Positions 20,840-34,229 of a stretch of 64,000 nucleotides of DNA are shown here, piece by piece. The notes under the pieces are model-generated. The model was not told the origin of the DNA, made no database searches, and saw nothing but the letters and a program-made list of their open reading frames with translations. The stretch's first letter is position 1, and the number at the start of each line of letters is the position of its first letter. Source of the stretch: Podarcis muralis (lineage: Eukaryota); assembly GCF_964188315.1 (NCBI RefSeq), contig NC_135673.1, forward strand, positions 10,850,001 to 10,914,000, in the 5' to 3' direction. The translations under genes and the position numbers were made by a program.

Positions 20840-21228
20840 CTGGCAGAGAAAAGTAAACTGGTCAGTACAATGAATGGTCAGCCTATCATGGATAGAAGAC
20901 GTCAGCATCCCAGGGCAGTGGAAGTGCTCACGCAAAAAGAAAAAAAGGAAGTTATAAATTGGTTCTACATCTATAAAAGCTATTTATTTATTTAAACATA
21001 AGAAAACCAGAGGAAATTGCATATACCAGCAATAGTTTCATCAACCAGGAATGTATGATTAACAGCTTCATGCGTGGTCTGAGTGATTTGCTGCATGTTC
21101 TGAAATCATTAACCAGAGTAGCTGAGTTTGCTTTCTCCCCTCCTCACCCCAATCCCTTTTCTGTGGTGTAAATTGTAAGCCTGAGCGTGGGGACTTCTTT
21201 ATTTTTGATATCTGAAAATGGTTCTGGA

Positions 21229-21358
21229 CAGTGATATTTTTCTAGAAAAAGAGGTGCCGGAACTCACCATGAATGCCTCCCTTGTTCTCTTATAATGGCG
21301 CTCACCTGAGAGGTGCCAGAACTGAGTTCTGGTGAGTTCCGGCTGAAAAAAAGCCCTG
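21229..21358. mobile_element. hAT-type MITE
   Basis: TIRs cagtgatatttttc / gaaaaaaagccctg, internal gccggaactc / gagttccggc repeats, and a degenerate 8-bp TSD (gttctgga / gcttagga). Confidence 0.7.
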
Positions 21359-22026
21359 GCTTAGGAAGTCTTTTTGGCTGAAGAGCAGGGTAAAAATCTT
21401 CTCAGACCAAGAGTAAGAGTACTTTAACAGAGAAACCATGGGCTGCACACTGAATTAAATTTCCATATCATAAATTAAAATGTTTGCAATATAGTTAGTA
21501 TTGCATAGTTAGCGAGTAGTTGGGCCGGGCTCAGGTCCTCTCAATGCTCCTTATGTGTAAGGGGCTTTGATGCAGCAACATCTCCTTCCCCTTGCCCCCT
21601 GCTCTAAAATCACATTCAGCTGCCAGAGTCAAGGAAGCAAAAGTGTGGTGTGCATGTGACACATTATTAGGCGGAACACCCTGGGGAGCACCAGGCAGAG
21701 TGCCTCTTGCCGGGAAGGGGGTGTAGTAAAGCATTTTTTTAAAGGAAGGGGCAAGGCGCATAGAGACAGGTGGGATCAAAGCATGGTGTGGCAAATTAAC
21801 ATCTCTCCACCACAAGACATAAGAAACTGCGTGAAGACATGGGACAGTGATTATGTGTTGCCTTACCTACTAGCCATCACTTGGTACCTGCTCTGCTCAG
21901 GGCAGATTCCAAGCTCTATAGAGCAACTTTTTTACTATACAGTCCTGCAGAAAAGAGCAGCTTCCCCCACAACCCTCGTGGATGAATAAAAATAGCCAAG
22001 ACCACTGTCAAGCCGACTGCTTCTTA

Positions 22027-22331
22027 AAGGTAAAGGTAAAGGTACCCCTGCCCGTATGGGCTAGTCTTGACAGACTCTGGGGTTGTGCGCCCATCTCACT
22101 CAAGAGGCCGGGAGCCAGCGCTGTCCGCAGACACTTCCGGGTCACGTGGCCAGCGTGACAAAGCTGCATCTGGCGAGCCAGAGCCGCACACAGAAATGCC
22201 GTTTACCTTCCCGCTAGTAAGCGGTCCCTATTTATCTACTTGCACCCGGGGGTGCTTTCGAACTGCTAGGTTGGCAGGCGCTGGGACCGAGCAACGGGAG
22301 CGCACCCCGCTGTGGGGATTCGAACCGCCGA
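22027..22331 (-). mobile_element. 5'-truncated Sauria SINE
   Basis: (ACCTTT)n tail, truncated just upstream of the B box. 8-bp TSD gcttctta at 22019-22026 and 22332-22339. Confidence 0.95.
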
Positions 22332-22795
22332 GCTTCTTACTCTTCCCTTGAAAAAGGCAGTCTGGAGGTAGCAGGCCCAAGGGTGCTGTAGCTGAGCTTG
22401 GTGATAAGATGTTGACATTGTTGCTGAGGGGTGCCAAAAAAAAGGCCTTGTGACCTGTGTGTTGAACTACACTGCTTTAAATATATAAATAATAGTTGTC
22501 TCCAACTATGTTCTACTCGGAGTAGACCCACTGAAATTAATGAATCTAAGTTAGCCTTGCCCATTAATTTTAATGGACACACTTGAAATAAAACTAATAT
22601 CGGTTACAATTCATACAATAATATTTTACACCATTTGCAAACAATGCAATTTTGGGGAAACTTTGAGAGCTCAGATGCAGGTGGTGTAAGCACTCCTAAT
22701 TTGCCTAGGGCTTTTGTTGTGGTTATAACCCCGTTCTAAAAGTTTCCACATGGCTACTATTTTAGCTTCAAACAGAAACAGAAGAAAAACCTTAC

Positions 22796-22887
22796 CTGAG
22801 GCCTGTTGCTTCTGCATGCGTCATCCAAATGTTTGTGCCACAGTATTGCATGAAACCTTGAACCAGTCTGAAACTTGTAAACATTGC
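22796..22887 (-). CDS. RALGPS1: RALGPS1 exon, PH domain end ([31 protein letters not shown])
   Basis: 92 nt, ag/gtaagg boundaries, phase 1 to 0, and a near-identical recalled peptide. Confidence 0.97.
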
Positions 22888-23476
22888 CTACAAGTTAAAA
22901 ATATAAGGTAAGAAGGAACCCTTGAGCTTTGGAAGAAACAGAACAAGATGCTGAAAGGTTTAAAAAAGCCAACAATTTATCTGGTAAGAGAGAAGATCTT
23001 GGTAATGACCAGTTTGGGTGACCACTGAAGAACCTTAGTCTGAAATGTCAGAGTACTCAAAAGAGTGAGTACGAATAGATCAGAACACCAACCAGTCTAA
23101 AAATCTTAACCAGCCTCGCTGTCTTTGTTTCTACTGAGTAAAGCTGGTAGTTTAAGAATGTATTCAGTATTTACCTTGTTGATTTATAAGAGCTGGGGGA
23201 TATACTGTTTAGCATGCTGAAGCAGGAGCAGCTTATTGACTCCTGCCTTGCCAGTTTTCATAGCAGGCTAGCTGGACAGGCAATGAAATAGTGGTGGTAC
23301 TTTACATAGGCAATTATGAAAGAATCTGAAACTTGTGTTGCGGGTGGAAACCCAGCACCTTTTTGTTGCTGAGGAGTGTTTAATGGAGGGGTGAGGAAAG
23401 TTTTTCAACATGAGGGCTGTGTTCCCTTTTGGGGAACCTTCTGCGGGGTCACATGTTAGTATGGGCAGGGCAAAAG

Positions 23477-23701
23477 CATACCCTCCAACATTTCTCCGAT
23501 AAAAATAGGGACTTCATAGTAATAATTTTACGATTTATACCCCACCCATCTGGCTGTGTTGCCCCAGCCACTCTGGGCAGCTTTCAACATATATAAAAAA
23601 GCATATATAAAAGCAGGACGTTCTAGGGTCAAATCAGAAACTGGGATGGCTTCTGTAAATCTGGTACTGTCCCTGGAAAATGGAAACACTTGGAGGGTCT
23701 G
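23477..23701 (-). mobile_element. Composite MITE (CATACCCTCCAA / CAGACCCTCCAA ends) carrying an L2 tail, internally deleted, nested in an older hAT fragment (about 23385-23995)
   Basis: Termini cataccctccaac ... cttggagggtctg with a 6-bp TSD caaaag at 23471-23476 and 23702-23707. Contains ccatctggctgtgttgccccagccactctgggcagc. Confidence 0.8.
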
Positions 23702-24099
23702 CAAAAGTGGGCAAAGCAATGGATGTGACTATTACTATGTACAGACATTCCAGCCACACAAAAGCCAGGGCTTCACACCCAAACACCCACCTTTCAATCC
23801 TTCATCCCAGCAAACATTATCAGACACATTTAAATGAGGCAAAAGCACTTAAGGAAGCTGTAGAGGAGAAGTAGTGAAGGGTGTGGCTTGGTGAGAGGGG
23901 TGTGGCCTGCAAAGGGGAACAGCTTAGATAAGAGAGGGCTGGAAGATTGCATTCAATCCTCAGACCTGATGTTTCCTACACCCGTTTTAACAGATCCTGA
24001 TCGTTTCCTTTGCATTTTACAGTTTTGAAAGTAAATTGAATTATAAACAGCATTTTTTCTGAATGCTCCCATGTGGGTATATACCCGTCAGCCAAGGAT

Positions 24100-24175
24100 A
24101 ATGCTTTATATTATCTGATGAAGTAGACTCTAGTACAGTACACAAAAGCTTGTGCTACAGGGCTTTTGGTTGTTT
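24100..24175 (+). other. Degenerate Penelope-type minimal hammerhead ribozyme relic
   Basis: CTGATGA at 24115-24121, then agtagac-tcta-gtacagtacac and cAAAAgcttgtgc where the intact motif would have cGAAAgcttatgc. Confidence 0.5.
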
Positions 24176-24481
24176 TAACAAAAGCATAGTAAATGATGGT
24201 GTGCGGTCATTGGATTAAGGGGACTAGGCTAGTCCCCTAAATGTTCCCCTGGCGCCTCCTTCACAAAGCCTGGGAAATTTCTACTTGGCTTAGGGAGGGA
24301 GGCATGATGCTCACGTGTGCAACGTCACATGCATGACATTGACACCCCAGACAAGCTAGTGCCTCTGGCCTTAACTGTTCCCCTCTGAAAAATTTCGCCG
24401 CATGCCACTGATAGGAAAGCTTACTGTTACTTAGCACACTTAATGTTCTGAAGAAAGTCCAATTAAAAATAAAACACCCAC

Positions 24482-24587
24482 CTTTATCTGGGTTATTTAG
24501 CTGAAAAATATCAGGGTGTTCAGGGTCATCAGGCAGTGCTACCATCCAGCCCACAACAGAAACCTTTTTCCCCGGAGTAGATTTATA
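24482..24587 (-). CDS. RALGPS1: RALGPS1 exon, PH domain ([35 protein letters not shown])
   Basis: 106 nt, ag/gtgggt boundaries, phase 0 to 1. The peptide [18 protein letters not shown] distinguishes RALGPS1 from RALGPS2. Confidence 0.97.
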
Positions 24588-24639
24588 CTAAAAGAGAGAA
24601 AAAGTCAAGGAAGAATATCAATGAGCTGAATTGTGAAGT

Positions 24640-24760
24640 ATAGGCGACTCCCGACTTACGCAGAGGTTGCATTCCGGGCTCCTTATGCATAACTGAAATG
24701 TGTGTAAGTGGGGAGCACCCTTACGTAAGCGGGGAGTCCATTTGTGGCTTGTGAGGAGGC
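24640..24760 (+). mobile_element. Tigger-like MITE left end
   Basis: ta|taggcgactcccgacttacg resembles a CAGG.AGTCCCCGACTTACG TIR, with repeated cttacg/cgtaag motifs. Confidence 0.5.
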
Positions 24761-25192
24761 CCTCCTCAGAACCCAAAGAGGATGTCCTCTGGGGAGAATC
24801 TCCTCCCAAGCCAGAGGCACAGTGGGGCTTTTTTGAGCTGCTTAGCTGACATGTGGGAAAGCTTCCCCATAAGTCAGCTGAGCAGCCTCAACAAAGCCCC
24901 GCTGAGGAGACACTTCCTAGAGCCCAAAGAGGACATCAGCTGAGCAGCCCTGCACATCAGCTGTTAGGTGGGGAGCCACAAGGACTCTCCAGGGTACTCC
25001 CACTTCCAGGTTCCATTTCCAGCTTCCTGGCACCAGGCATGTACACAATAGCATGCAAGTTGGGAGTTGCCTTTATTCTGCTACCCTGGGCTGCTTTGTG
25101 TTTTTGTGAATACTGCAGCCAATTGATTCTCTGAAACAATTGCAGATAGGATGTGCACTTGGTCTACAAAATAAGGCAAATTATTTGCTTAC

Positions 25193-25285
25193 ATGCTTTC
25201 TTTCAGTGCCTCTTAATGACTTTGCTCCAAAGTAGATCAGAGTAGATCCTGAAAGGGTTACCCAATATCTAGTCCAGGAGGAAAG
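25193..25285 (-). CDS. RALGPS1: RALGPS1 exon, PH domain ([31 protein letters not shown])
   Basis: 93 nt, cag/gtaagc boundaries, phase 0 to 0. Confidence 0.97.
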
Positions 25286-26599
25286 CTGAAAGGAGGAAAT
25301 TAAAAAAACTTTCAAAAGCATACATAAATTTCCAGAACTAACATGAAAGAAGGTGAGATGCTTCAGACATGCTATCAACTATGAGGCTGCATTTGCTGTG
25401 AAGAAAACCCAGCTATTCTGCCTTCACTTTGAAAAACAAGGTTATGTGCTGTCCCCTGCTGGTGGTGATGGATGCATTACAGCTCAGTAAGTCAGCTCCA
25501 GTCAGAATGATAATAAATGCACTTCAAACCTTTAGTATCAAGCAATGGCATTTTCACAAAAGGCCATGAGGAAATGTAGTGGTATGCGGGGCAAAGCCTA
25601 AAGGCCTGAGTATCCTTTCCTCTCCTACGGAATGCGAAAAATAGCAGATATGTACTCTTTGTTTTGTACTCTTTCTTGTACATGTCTGCCTTTCTCCTCC
25701 CCCCCCACCCTCTTGAAGGCAGTGAAAATTACTGCCAGTAGGAAATAGTTGCTATATAAGAAAGAATCCTTGGCCTAAAACTCTTCCATTCCCCCCAAAC
25801 CAATGCCATTTCATATATTCTCAGTGTTTTTTTCTGGGGGTACATAAGGGTGCACATTATTGGCACCTTTTTTCTAGAAAAAAAGCTTATGGGGAGGAGG
25901 GTTCCAGGGTGCGGAATATAACCTGGTTTTGAAATTTAAACAAAAGTTCTATATGGTGTAGGATGCATGGTGGCAGATTCTTTTCTTTGGGTGTTTCCAT
26001 GAGCATCTCTTAAAACAGCAGCCAGATCTGGAACCCATATTTAGCCCAACCTGCAACACATTTGATCATATGCCACCAACCCTAGTCTGCCCCAGCCAGC
26101 CAACACCTGTCTGTCTTACAACTTGCAACTAGTCCAGGTAGTGTCTTCTGGCTGTCAGTTTCCATCTGAGTCTCATGCTGCTCTTGTAGAAGTCAGCAGG
26201 GAGGAGGACAAAACTGTAGAGTTACCTGGATCTGTCCTTAGTGCTGGTTCCTACTATTGGGCCTCCCTGCTTTCCATCCTGCCTGTCCCAATGGGAATCG
26301 GGCACCTCTATTGGCACTATGTGCAACCATTGTAGGTTTGGTCATGACACACTTGTAAGAAGAACATCAGAACCGTAGAAAGGAGAGGGAGATACAGAGG
26401 GTTATTATGAAAGAGGGCACTGCAACAGGATGCTGGTTGTCCCTGTACTGTCCACTAGTTCAAATAGCATGTATAGCCTTGGAGACAGTTGTCTTAGGTT
26501 GAAAATGTTGTTGGTCAGTGCCAAGCCAGTAAATGGTAAAACAACAAGACAAGCATGCCAACCCATCTTGTGTTAAAGAAAACTGGTGGGATGAAACGG

Positions 26600-27060
26600 G
26601 GGAGGTTATTCTCTCTCAGCTCTGTCAACCTGGATTCGCTGCAGAACAGCATCCAAGTCTTGGGGGTTGAGGAGGCAGTGTTGCAGTGGGGCTATCATGA
26701 TTGCATCTCCCTGACCATGTGTCCTCTCCTGCAGTCTGCTCTGTTCAAGTGTGTTTATCCTAGTGAGGCTAGACTGGCCTCCTCCTTGTTGAATCTTCTC
26801 CTTGGCAGGTGAAGATTGTTCTATTCAGGCAGGCTTTCAGGAACTGGCTGCTTTTAAGGAAAATGGTAGTGTTTAAGTAATTTGTTCTTAACATTGTTTT
26901 AATTCCATTATTGTTTAATTACCTTGAAGGTAATTACTTTTATGTGTTTTTAGATTTCTGTGGTTTAGTTGTGCTCATTTCAATTTTTGTAAAGGTGCCT
27001 TAAGTCCGAGTTTTGGGGAAAAGGCAGGAAATAAATAAATATTATTAACAACAACAACAT
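26600..27060 (+). mobile_element. Decayed L2 (RT scrap plus 3' tail)
   Basis: An LGV..AVLQW-type RT remnant at about 26640-26690, then a 3' tail ending gagttttggggaaaaggcaggaaataaataaat. Confidence 0.55.
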
Positions 27061-27216
27061 GAGACATAGCCCATGGCTCTTTCTGTTCAGCCAGAGTTAG
27101 CTGCCATGCTGTTTTTGACACTCTACTGCTTTCTTTAGCAACCATAAAATATTATTCAAATTGTAATGAGGGGTTTAAAAGCATAAGCAAAGGGGGGGGG
27201 GAGGAGAACCCCTTAC

Positions 27217-27322
27217 TGTAGGCTTCCTGCCTTCTTTTAGTAATGTCTTTCTTCTTAATGGCCCTTCCATGGTAACAACCCCCACGGAACTCCCTGATGC
27301 GCAGCTGCAGGCACCTGTTGGA
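27217..27322 (-). CDS. RALGPS1: RALGPS1 exon, PH domain start ([35 protein letters not shown])
   Basis: 106 nt, cag/gtaagg boundaries, phase 2 to 0. Confidence 0.97.
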
Positions 27323-29644
27323 CTGAAATAACAAATGTCAACTCTTTGGTGGGAGCAAACAAAATCAAATAATCCAGTGATTAAATTGTTCAAAAAATTA
27401 CACAGGCCTTGGCTCGTGCCATCAATATTGTCCTAAACATTGGCTGCAGACTTCGTAGTTCATGACTAGTATTACAGTAAACAAGTTTTTAAAAAGAAAT
27501 TTAATGTAAGTTTTCCACTGAAGTGCATAAACAAGGACATTAGAAATAACCTCTTGGCATGAACCAGGAAGTAGCCTATGCAGACAATGAAATGGTTGTT
27601 TCTGCCCTTCAAAACAGCTTTTTTTAAAGGAAAGTTTTGGCTACACGAGCACAGGAAGACTAATTTGTATTAATATATAGATTTTAAAAAATAATAATAA
27701 AAAATTGGTAGACCTTTTTCAGATCATGTTACAATATGAACCATACAAGTAATCTGACCTTCTAACATAAAAAACAATGGAAACACAATAACCAGATTAT
27801 GATAACTGTGGACAGGAAACATGATTCTTTTTCACAACACAGAAGGAATCCTTAAAGAGACTGGTGGAGACAGTGTCAACCAGGAAAGAGACCAACATAT
27901 GGTAAAGTATGTCCTCCATCATATTGTGAGCTGGTGGAGGTTTAGAGATACGTGGCCAGTGTTGAGCCCATCATTCTTTGTCTTCTGCCATCCAATTAAG
28001 TTACTATGACTATTATGAATATAAATAAATACATTTTATGCACACTTCTTAAGAGATTTTTATTTTATTAAACAGTTTATGTATATTTTCCTAATAATGA
28101 ATGAATGAATGAATAAAATAAATAAATAAGTAAATAAATAAATAAATAAAGCTGTCATGCTACTGAATGCCAACTAAATGGTTTATGGATGCCAATATAC
28201 AATGCCAAGTGAATCATAAACCCTACTACATTATTAAATGAGTGCTAGCAGCCATCACATCCATTACTAAATACTTAAGTTAGATTCAGGAAGATTTAAC
28301 AGCAGGGAAATACTGATTGAGTTAGAAGCTTGCCCAGTAGGAATTTCCTACTTAATAAACATTCATTGCCCAGAACACTTCATAGTCCCATATCTATAAG
28401 GATGTCAAACACAAAGGGACCAATTCAAGCAGAAATATGTTTGCTTTCACTTAGTTCTAAGCAAACAGTAGAGTAGCTATTTCAGTCATGGGAAAGACAT
28501 GACAATAAATGCATATAGAACAAGCTAACTTGGGTTCTCTTTGACCTCATCTGCTAAGCCTATATGCAACTGGCCCCAATTCACAGCCCTGTGTGAACCA
28601 CCTTCAGATGAGCATGTGTTAACTGCACAAAGGACATGTGCCAAATTCCACAAGCTTGTGAATTAAACTGTGAGCGCTGAATCTGGGAATGGCAGTTGTT
28701 TGAACTGTAGCCTATTAATTATTAACATATTTGTATAGATAGTCCACATAACTATTTGTTTCTGTGTGCATTGGTTCAAGGCCATTATCTGAATACTTGT
28801 CCTTTTTCTTCTATTTCTCTCTTTCTCTATAAAACAAGGAGTCTTCTGCAATTATACTTCGAAGCTGAGCATATATAACACAGCAGACTGAGTGAATTGC
28901 TTTGGAAGGAAACTGGGTTTTGTACAGCAAACTGACACCTGCCATTTTTACAAGGTAAGTTTGTCTGTTAATGGTGTAACAGAGGGTGAGCTGTTATGAC
29001 TTGCCACAGTCTGAAGCCTTTGCTGCAAATTAACAAAGAGTCTTGTAAACTGATTATGGCAGAAACTCTTATGGGCCACAGCCCACTTCGTAAGATGTTT
29101 GGAGTATAATTCTGAGTGTCAAGAGAGAGAAACACCACACTTTTATGTGTAAATCAGCATACCTGCAATATCTCTTAGAAATCTGTCTTACCATAGATAT
29201 TCACTGAGTATCGTAGCAAATGCCAGGTGTATACAAATAGGATTTTTTGGAGATATTTATCAGAAAGTTACAAATATATGAAGAAATAAAAGCAGACAAA
29301 ATAAGGATTGAAATGGAAAATGCTTGAGAGAGATTATTTAGAAGGCTTGCATATCTGCTCACATCACCTTTGCTAGATTTCCCCCAAAGGCTGCACCAGA
29401 AAGCAAGCCTAGCGAAAAAAATCAGTAATTATGAAGAGGAATAGAAGACACTATAAAGAAGAATAGAAGAAGCCATGAGAAGATGCACTATAAAAAACTA
29501 ATATTTTCTTCTGGGTAACATTAAACAAACTTGTTAGAATGACTGCAAGATAATTTGCGTCAGTGTACTATTTCTTTCCAAGTCACATTTCTTTGCTTCC
29601 CACAGATATCAGTTCGATTTGAGGAGTTCTACAGGTGGAACTAT

Positions 29645-30000
29645 GGGACGCAGGTGGCGTTGTGGTCCAAACCACAGAGCCTAGGGCTTGCCGATCAGAA
29701 GGTCAGTGGTTCGAATCCCCGCGATGGGGTGAGCTCCCATTGCTCGGTCCCTGCTCCTGCCAACCTAGCAGTTCAAAAGCACGTCAAGTGCAAGTAGATA
29801 AATAGGTACCGCTCCGGCGGGAAGGTAAACGGCATTTCCGTGCGCTGCTCTGGTTTGCCAGAAGCGGCTTAGTCATGCTGGCCACATGACCTGGAAGCTG
29901 TACGCTGGCTCCCTTGGTCAGTAAAGCGAGATGAGCGCCGCAACCCCAGAGTCATCCGCAACTGCACCTAACAGTCCAGGGTTCCTTTACCCTTTACCTT
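29645..30000 (+). mobile_element. Full-length Sauria SINE, second subfamily
   Basis: gggacgcaggtggcg head, B box and acctt t tail. 12-bp TSD tacaggtggaac at 29630-29641 and 30001-30012. Confidence 0.95.
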
Positions 30001-30904
30001 TACAGGTGGAACCACAGGTATCAAGTTGTTTAATTACTCTAAAAGAGTTAAGTTGTTCTGCTATTCTTTTGTGTAAGAGGGTACTGAGGCACTTGGATTT
30101 TAGACCCCCTCTGTTTATTGAAGGAAATGCATGGTTTTTTAGGAAGTCATCAGAACAGCAAACTGAGTTGTGATGAGACTGGAAAAGGAAGCATCAACTT
30201 GAAACCCAGTGTAATTCATTACATAATAAGATAACAAAAGTTAAGCATAAGAAAATAGAGCTTCACCACGTGTATGTGTATTATTTAAACCAGAAACTGG
30301 TTTTAAAAATGAGAACCTCCCTTTAAATTATGGTATGATCCTATGAAAGCTAAGTTCTGTTCATTTCAATGGGACAGATAAAGTGCAGGGCTTTAATATA
30401 CACATATTCACACACACTGTTAGGTGGGGCTCTCCGTGAGTTCCCAACTAAGGTTCTTAGCAATTTATTATGCTGTTCTGCAGCATCAAAATGCTCCTAG
30501 AATATTCACTGGGCCCCAAGTTAAACATATGCTTAATATGCTTCAATTGAAATCAATGAAGCTTTAAAAGTGTTTAACTTTGTGGTGGTGCTGTTAATTA
30601 CCCTGCATTTCTCAGTATGATAAGGAAGAGGAACAGTCAGCACTTATATGAAGTATATTTATATGCAGTGTGGTATATAAATATGGTGAGGCTTATGAAG
30701 GTGAAAGCATATGAATGAACAATCTTCTTACTCCTGGCAACTCTTATGAGAATGGAAGGAAAGTCTTTGCACAGATGGAAGGAAACAATGAAAAAGCTGT
30801 TGAAAATAAGCTCTCCTAATTAGCAAGAGGAAAACAGACTGAAAATAGAATTAACACCACAGTCTAGGGAGAGACACACCAACCAACCAACCACCTAATT
30901 GTAC

Positions 30905-30985
30905 CTGTAGACACAGCTCCGACTTCTGGGAGAATTCCGAATTGGTACCCGCCAGTTGGGCCCCAGCGTGGCGTACAACCGACCC
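30905..30985 (-). CDS. RALGPS1: RALGPS1 81-nt frame-preserving (cassette-type) exon (RGRLYATLGPNWRVPIRNSPRSRSCVYS)
   Basis: Phase 2 to 2, acag acceptor and a weak donor AG|gtacaa. The peptide matches the insert recalled from long vertebrate RALGPS isoforms. Confidence 0.9.
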
Positions 30986-33900
30986 CTGTTTATAAATTTA
31001 CATGTAAGTTCTTTTCTTATAGTGCAGGTACTGTGGTAACATCCAACAAAACAAAGCATACAAGGAAACATGGGACACACATGTATTTGATGCTCTCAGT
31101 AATTGGAGAGGTGTATTTAGTGAAGGGCTGAATGCCCATTAAATAATGCTCATTTTAACACATAGGAACAAAGCAAGTAATGCTGAGCAAAAGAATATGG
31201 GGGCAAGAATCAAGTGTCTAAAAAGGAATTCAGAACCGATCTTTGTGATGCTGCTTCCATCTCACTGACTTTTGTAATGTTTATTGATCTTCTGAATGGG
31301 AATAAGAGAAGTTTTAGGAAAGTAGGATTTGTCCAATCATATCACAATGCAAAGCAGAAGAACCTTTAGAAATAAAAACATTAAGGCACTATCGTAAGAA
31401 CAGCTCTAGATGATCAGAACCAGCCAGGAACTGATTGCAGAGCATATGAAGTAATAATGAAGAGTATACTTCTAACCACACGAAGGATACATTTTCAGCA
31501 TTAATGAATAACATTAGCTAGCTCCAAAAAAATCAAGGTTTCAGGGATCAGGTGCAGTTGCTCACGAGGAGGCTGAAGCCCTGACATCTCTTTGAAAACA
31601 TTACTACTGGAGTCATGGATAAAAGTGTTATTTAATGCAATGCTTTGGCCCAGCAAAAAAAAAAAAAATGTTTGAAGAAAAGATGAAGCAATCTATTTGG
31701 GAAGACCGACTTAGTCTAAGGGCCCTGAAGGTTAGCCCCAAGCCTCCCCATCCAGTCATTCCTCCAACTCAGTTGTTGTGGCAAAATTTTTGGCTGCTTA
31801 GCTGAACCCTACTTAATGAAATTGTGCATGTTTGATTAGGTGAATGGGGCATGTGACTTTTCAGGAACGAAACAAGGTCCTTTAATGTTTGAATGTGAAA
31901 AGTATGCTATCATGAGCAACTAAATAGCTTTCATAGTCTTCAAACAGTTGTACACCTAAGTTAGTGTGGCACAACAAGCACTAATGGTATCATTGCACAA
32001 GGCATTCCAGTTATCTGCTAATATGCATACACACTATGCCAGAAATGTGAATCCTTGTTTTCTCTGGTAGAGTCAGGGGGCATTCTTCATCCTTTAAGCA
32101 TGTAACAGCACAATGCTTTAAGGTAGGACTCCAATAAAAGAAAATAATTTAAAGACCTCAGAACCCTCTGAAGAATTATCCACCCAAATGCCGCAACTGC
32201 TAAGGAAAAAGAATTGATTTTACAATATTGGACAGCCTATGTGATTGCCCTGTAAATTTCTTCCAGAGAAAATCTACCCCAGGCAGCAGCCATGATAACT
32301 GCCCCCTAAGAGAACAAACTGTAATCACCTGGGGAAGGGTACTTTCCCAGGGAGGGAGATGCCAATTCAGTGAAGACCTTCAGACTTTCTAAAAACCAAG
32401 GTCTTGCTCAAAAAGATGCCCAGGGTCCTAAACACATCCAACCTGTTTTCAGGTTTTCTTGTGCATATTTCAGACAGGAAGGCAGAATGTGGAACATATG
32501 GAACAGTAAGTTGACTTTGGGCAGAAAGGATGGGTTTCTCTCAACACAGCTTGTCAAGATGAAATAAGCCCAAATGTAGGATTTATTTTTTTTTAAATAG
32601 CACCCTTAGCTCTAAAACCAATCTGGTGAGGTATTGGCTAAAAATAAAGTTCTGAGAGAACTATGTTCATAATTTCTGATAGGTGGCTTCAGCAGAGCTG
32701 ACAGAACCCAGCTGAGGTTCTAGTTCAGGAACAGGTTGTCTGCAGACGGATTCATCAGCACTACCCCTTTAAGAAAATGTTTTATGTGTGGATGGCTGCA
32801 AAGGTTATCCTTTATACCAGAGATACTGTTGAGAACTGCTAACTGTCTTTTCAAAGTGCTGGTGCCGAGATATTTCTAGTCTGTTCTGTAAAAATTATAG
32901 AATGGACTGGATTTATGATTACAGCAGGCTATAAAATCTCTCCAGGAAGACTTGTAACTATGAACAAATGCTTAGATGCCAAAAGAGTTATCAGAGTAGC
33001 AAAAACAATTTAGCCACTTTTGCTTAACATCTATGCTGCCAGCTAGAATATGTGCAGTTGCTGTTGAAAAAATGGTCTCTCGGACATGATGTTCCAATGT
33101 TGTTTCATGGACATTTTGACTAGCTTTGAGAACCCCAGGCCTTTGGACCAGTGGAGTTCAACTGGTATAAATACCACTTTTCTTTCATCTTCCTGAGGAG
33201 CATAGAAATCAGGGTGAGAGAAGGAAAGCGCACACAGCTGGCCAGTCTATGTATTCTGATTCCACATACTGGCATTGTGATACAAAGCTTCTGACCTGTC
33301 TGTCTGTGGGTCTCCCAAAGGGCTGTGTCACCAGGTTGAATATTTGAGTGTTTGGACTTCTGGATGATGGTCCTGCTCAGTCACTCCATACCAGGTTATA
33401 TATGGCCCAAAACAATTACAGTGAAGGTCTCCTTATGGAGACTGTGTGGCTGAGTAACACCCCACCCCCTTGCATCCCACTGTTATATGTGTTTGTTGAA
33501 CTAATTGGATAAACACATGGTGACCCATAAGTTTTTCTAGAAGGCCAAAAGAGACAGTATGAAGCTCCAGGAAGTTGATGCTGTGTTGGCTTTCAGAGTA
33601 CTCCAGTTGCCCTGAGCCCCATGTGTGCTCCCCAATCTGACAGAACTGTGTGTGTAGTGATCTTCAGCCAGGTTATGTGGCCAAACTCACCCCTATTCTC
33701 TAACAGCCTATTCCCTAACAACCACCTGTCCAGTGACTTCCTCACCCTGCCTAGAATGGGAAACAATCAAATCTGGCAAGTGCTTTCTTCTTGAAAGGAA
33801 GGGAGGATGGAATGTATACAAGACCACTCCACAACATTCTGTAATTGGACTCTCAGTCCTAGGGAGAAGTCCTCAACTTCTTTGTGAAAATTTCCATAGT

Positions 33901-34229
33901 GGTAGCCTTTTTTGTCTCTTTCAGCAAAGACAATCAAAAGCTTATAGTAAACTCAGTTCTACTTAGAGTAGACTCACTGGAAGTAATGAACCTAAGTTAG
34001 TCATGCATGTTAATTTCAATGGGTCTACTCTGAGTATGAAGAGCAGGGACTATGCAAATCTTCTCTGTATTGCTCCAATTTTAGTTTATGTGCTGCCCAA
34101 ACAAGCACAAAAAATATGGAATGGTTCACAAATTTGCATGTTGCTCACATGTGCCCTGTGGCCCATCTGTGTCAGGAATCCAATACCTTCAGGGGTTTTT
34201 TGTCATCTCCCTACCTTAAGAATTTGACT

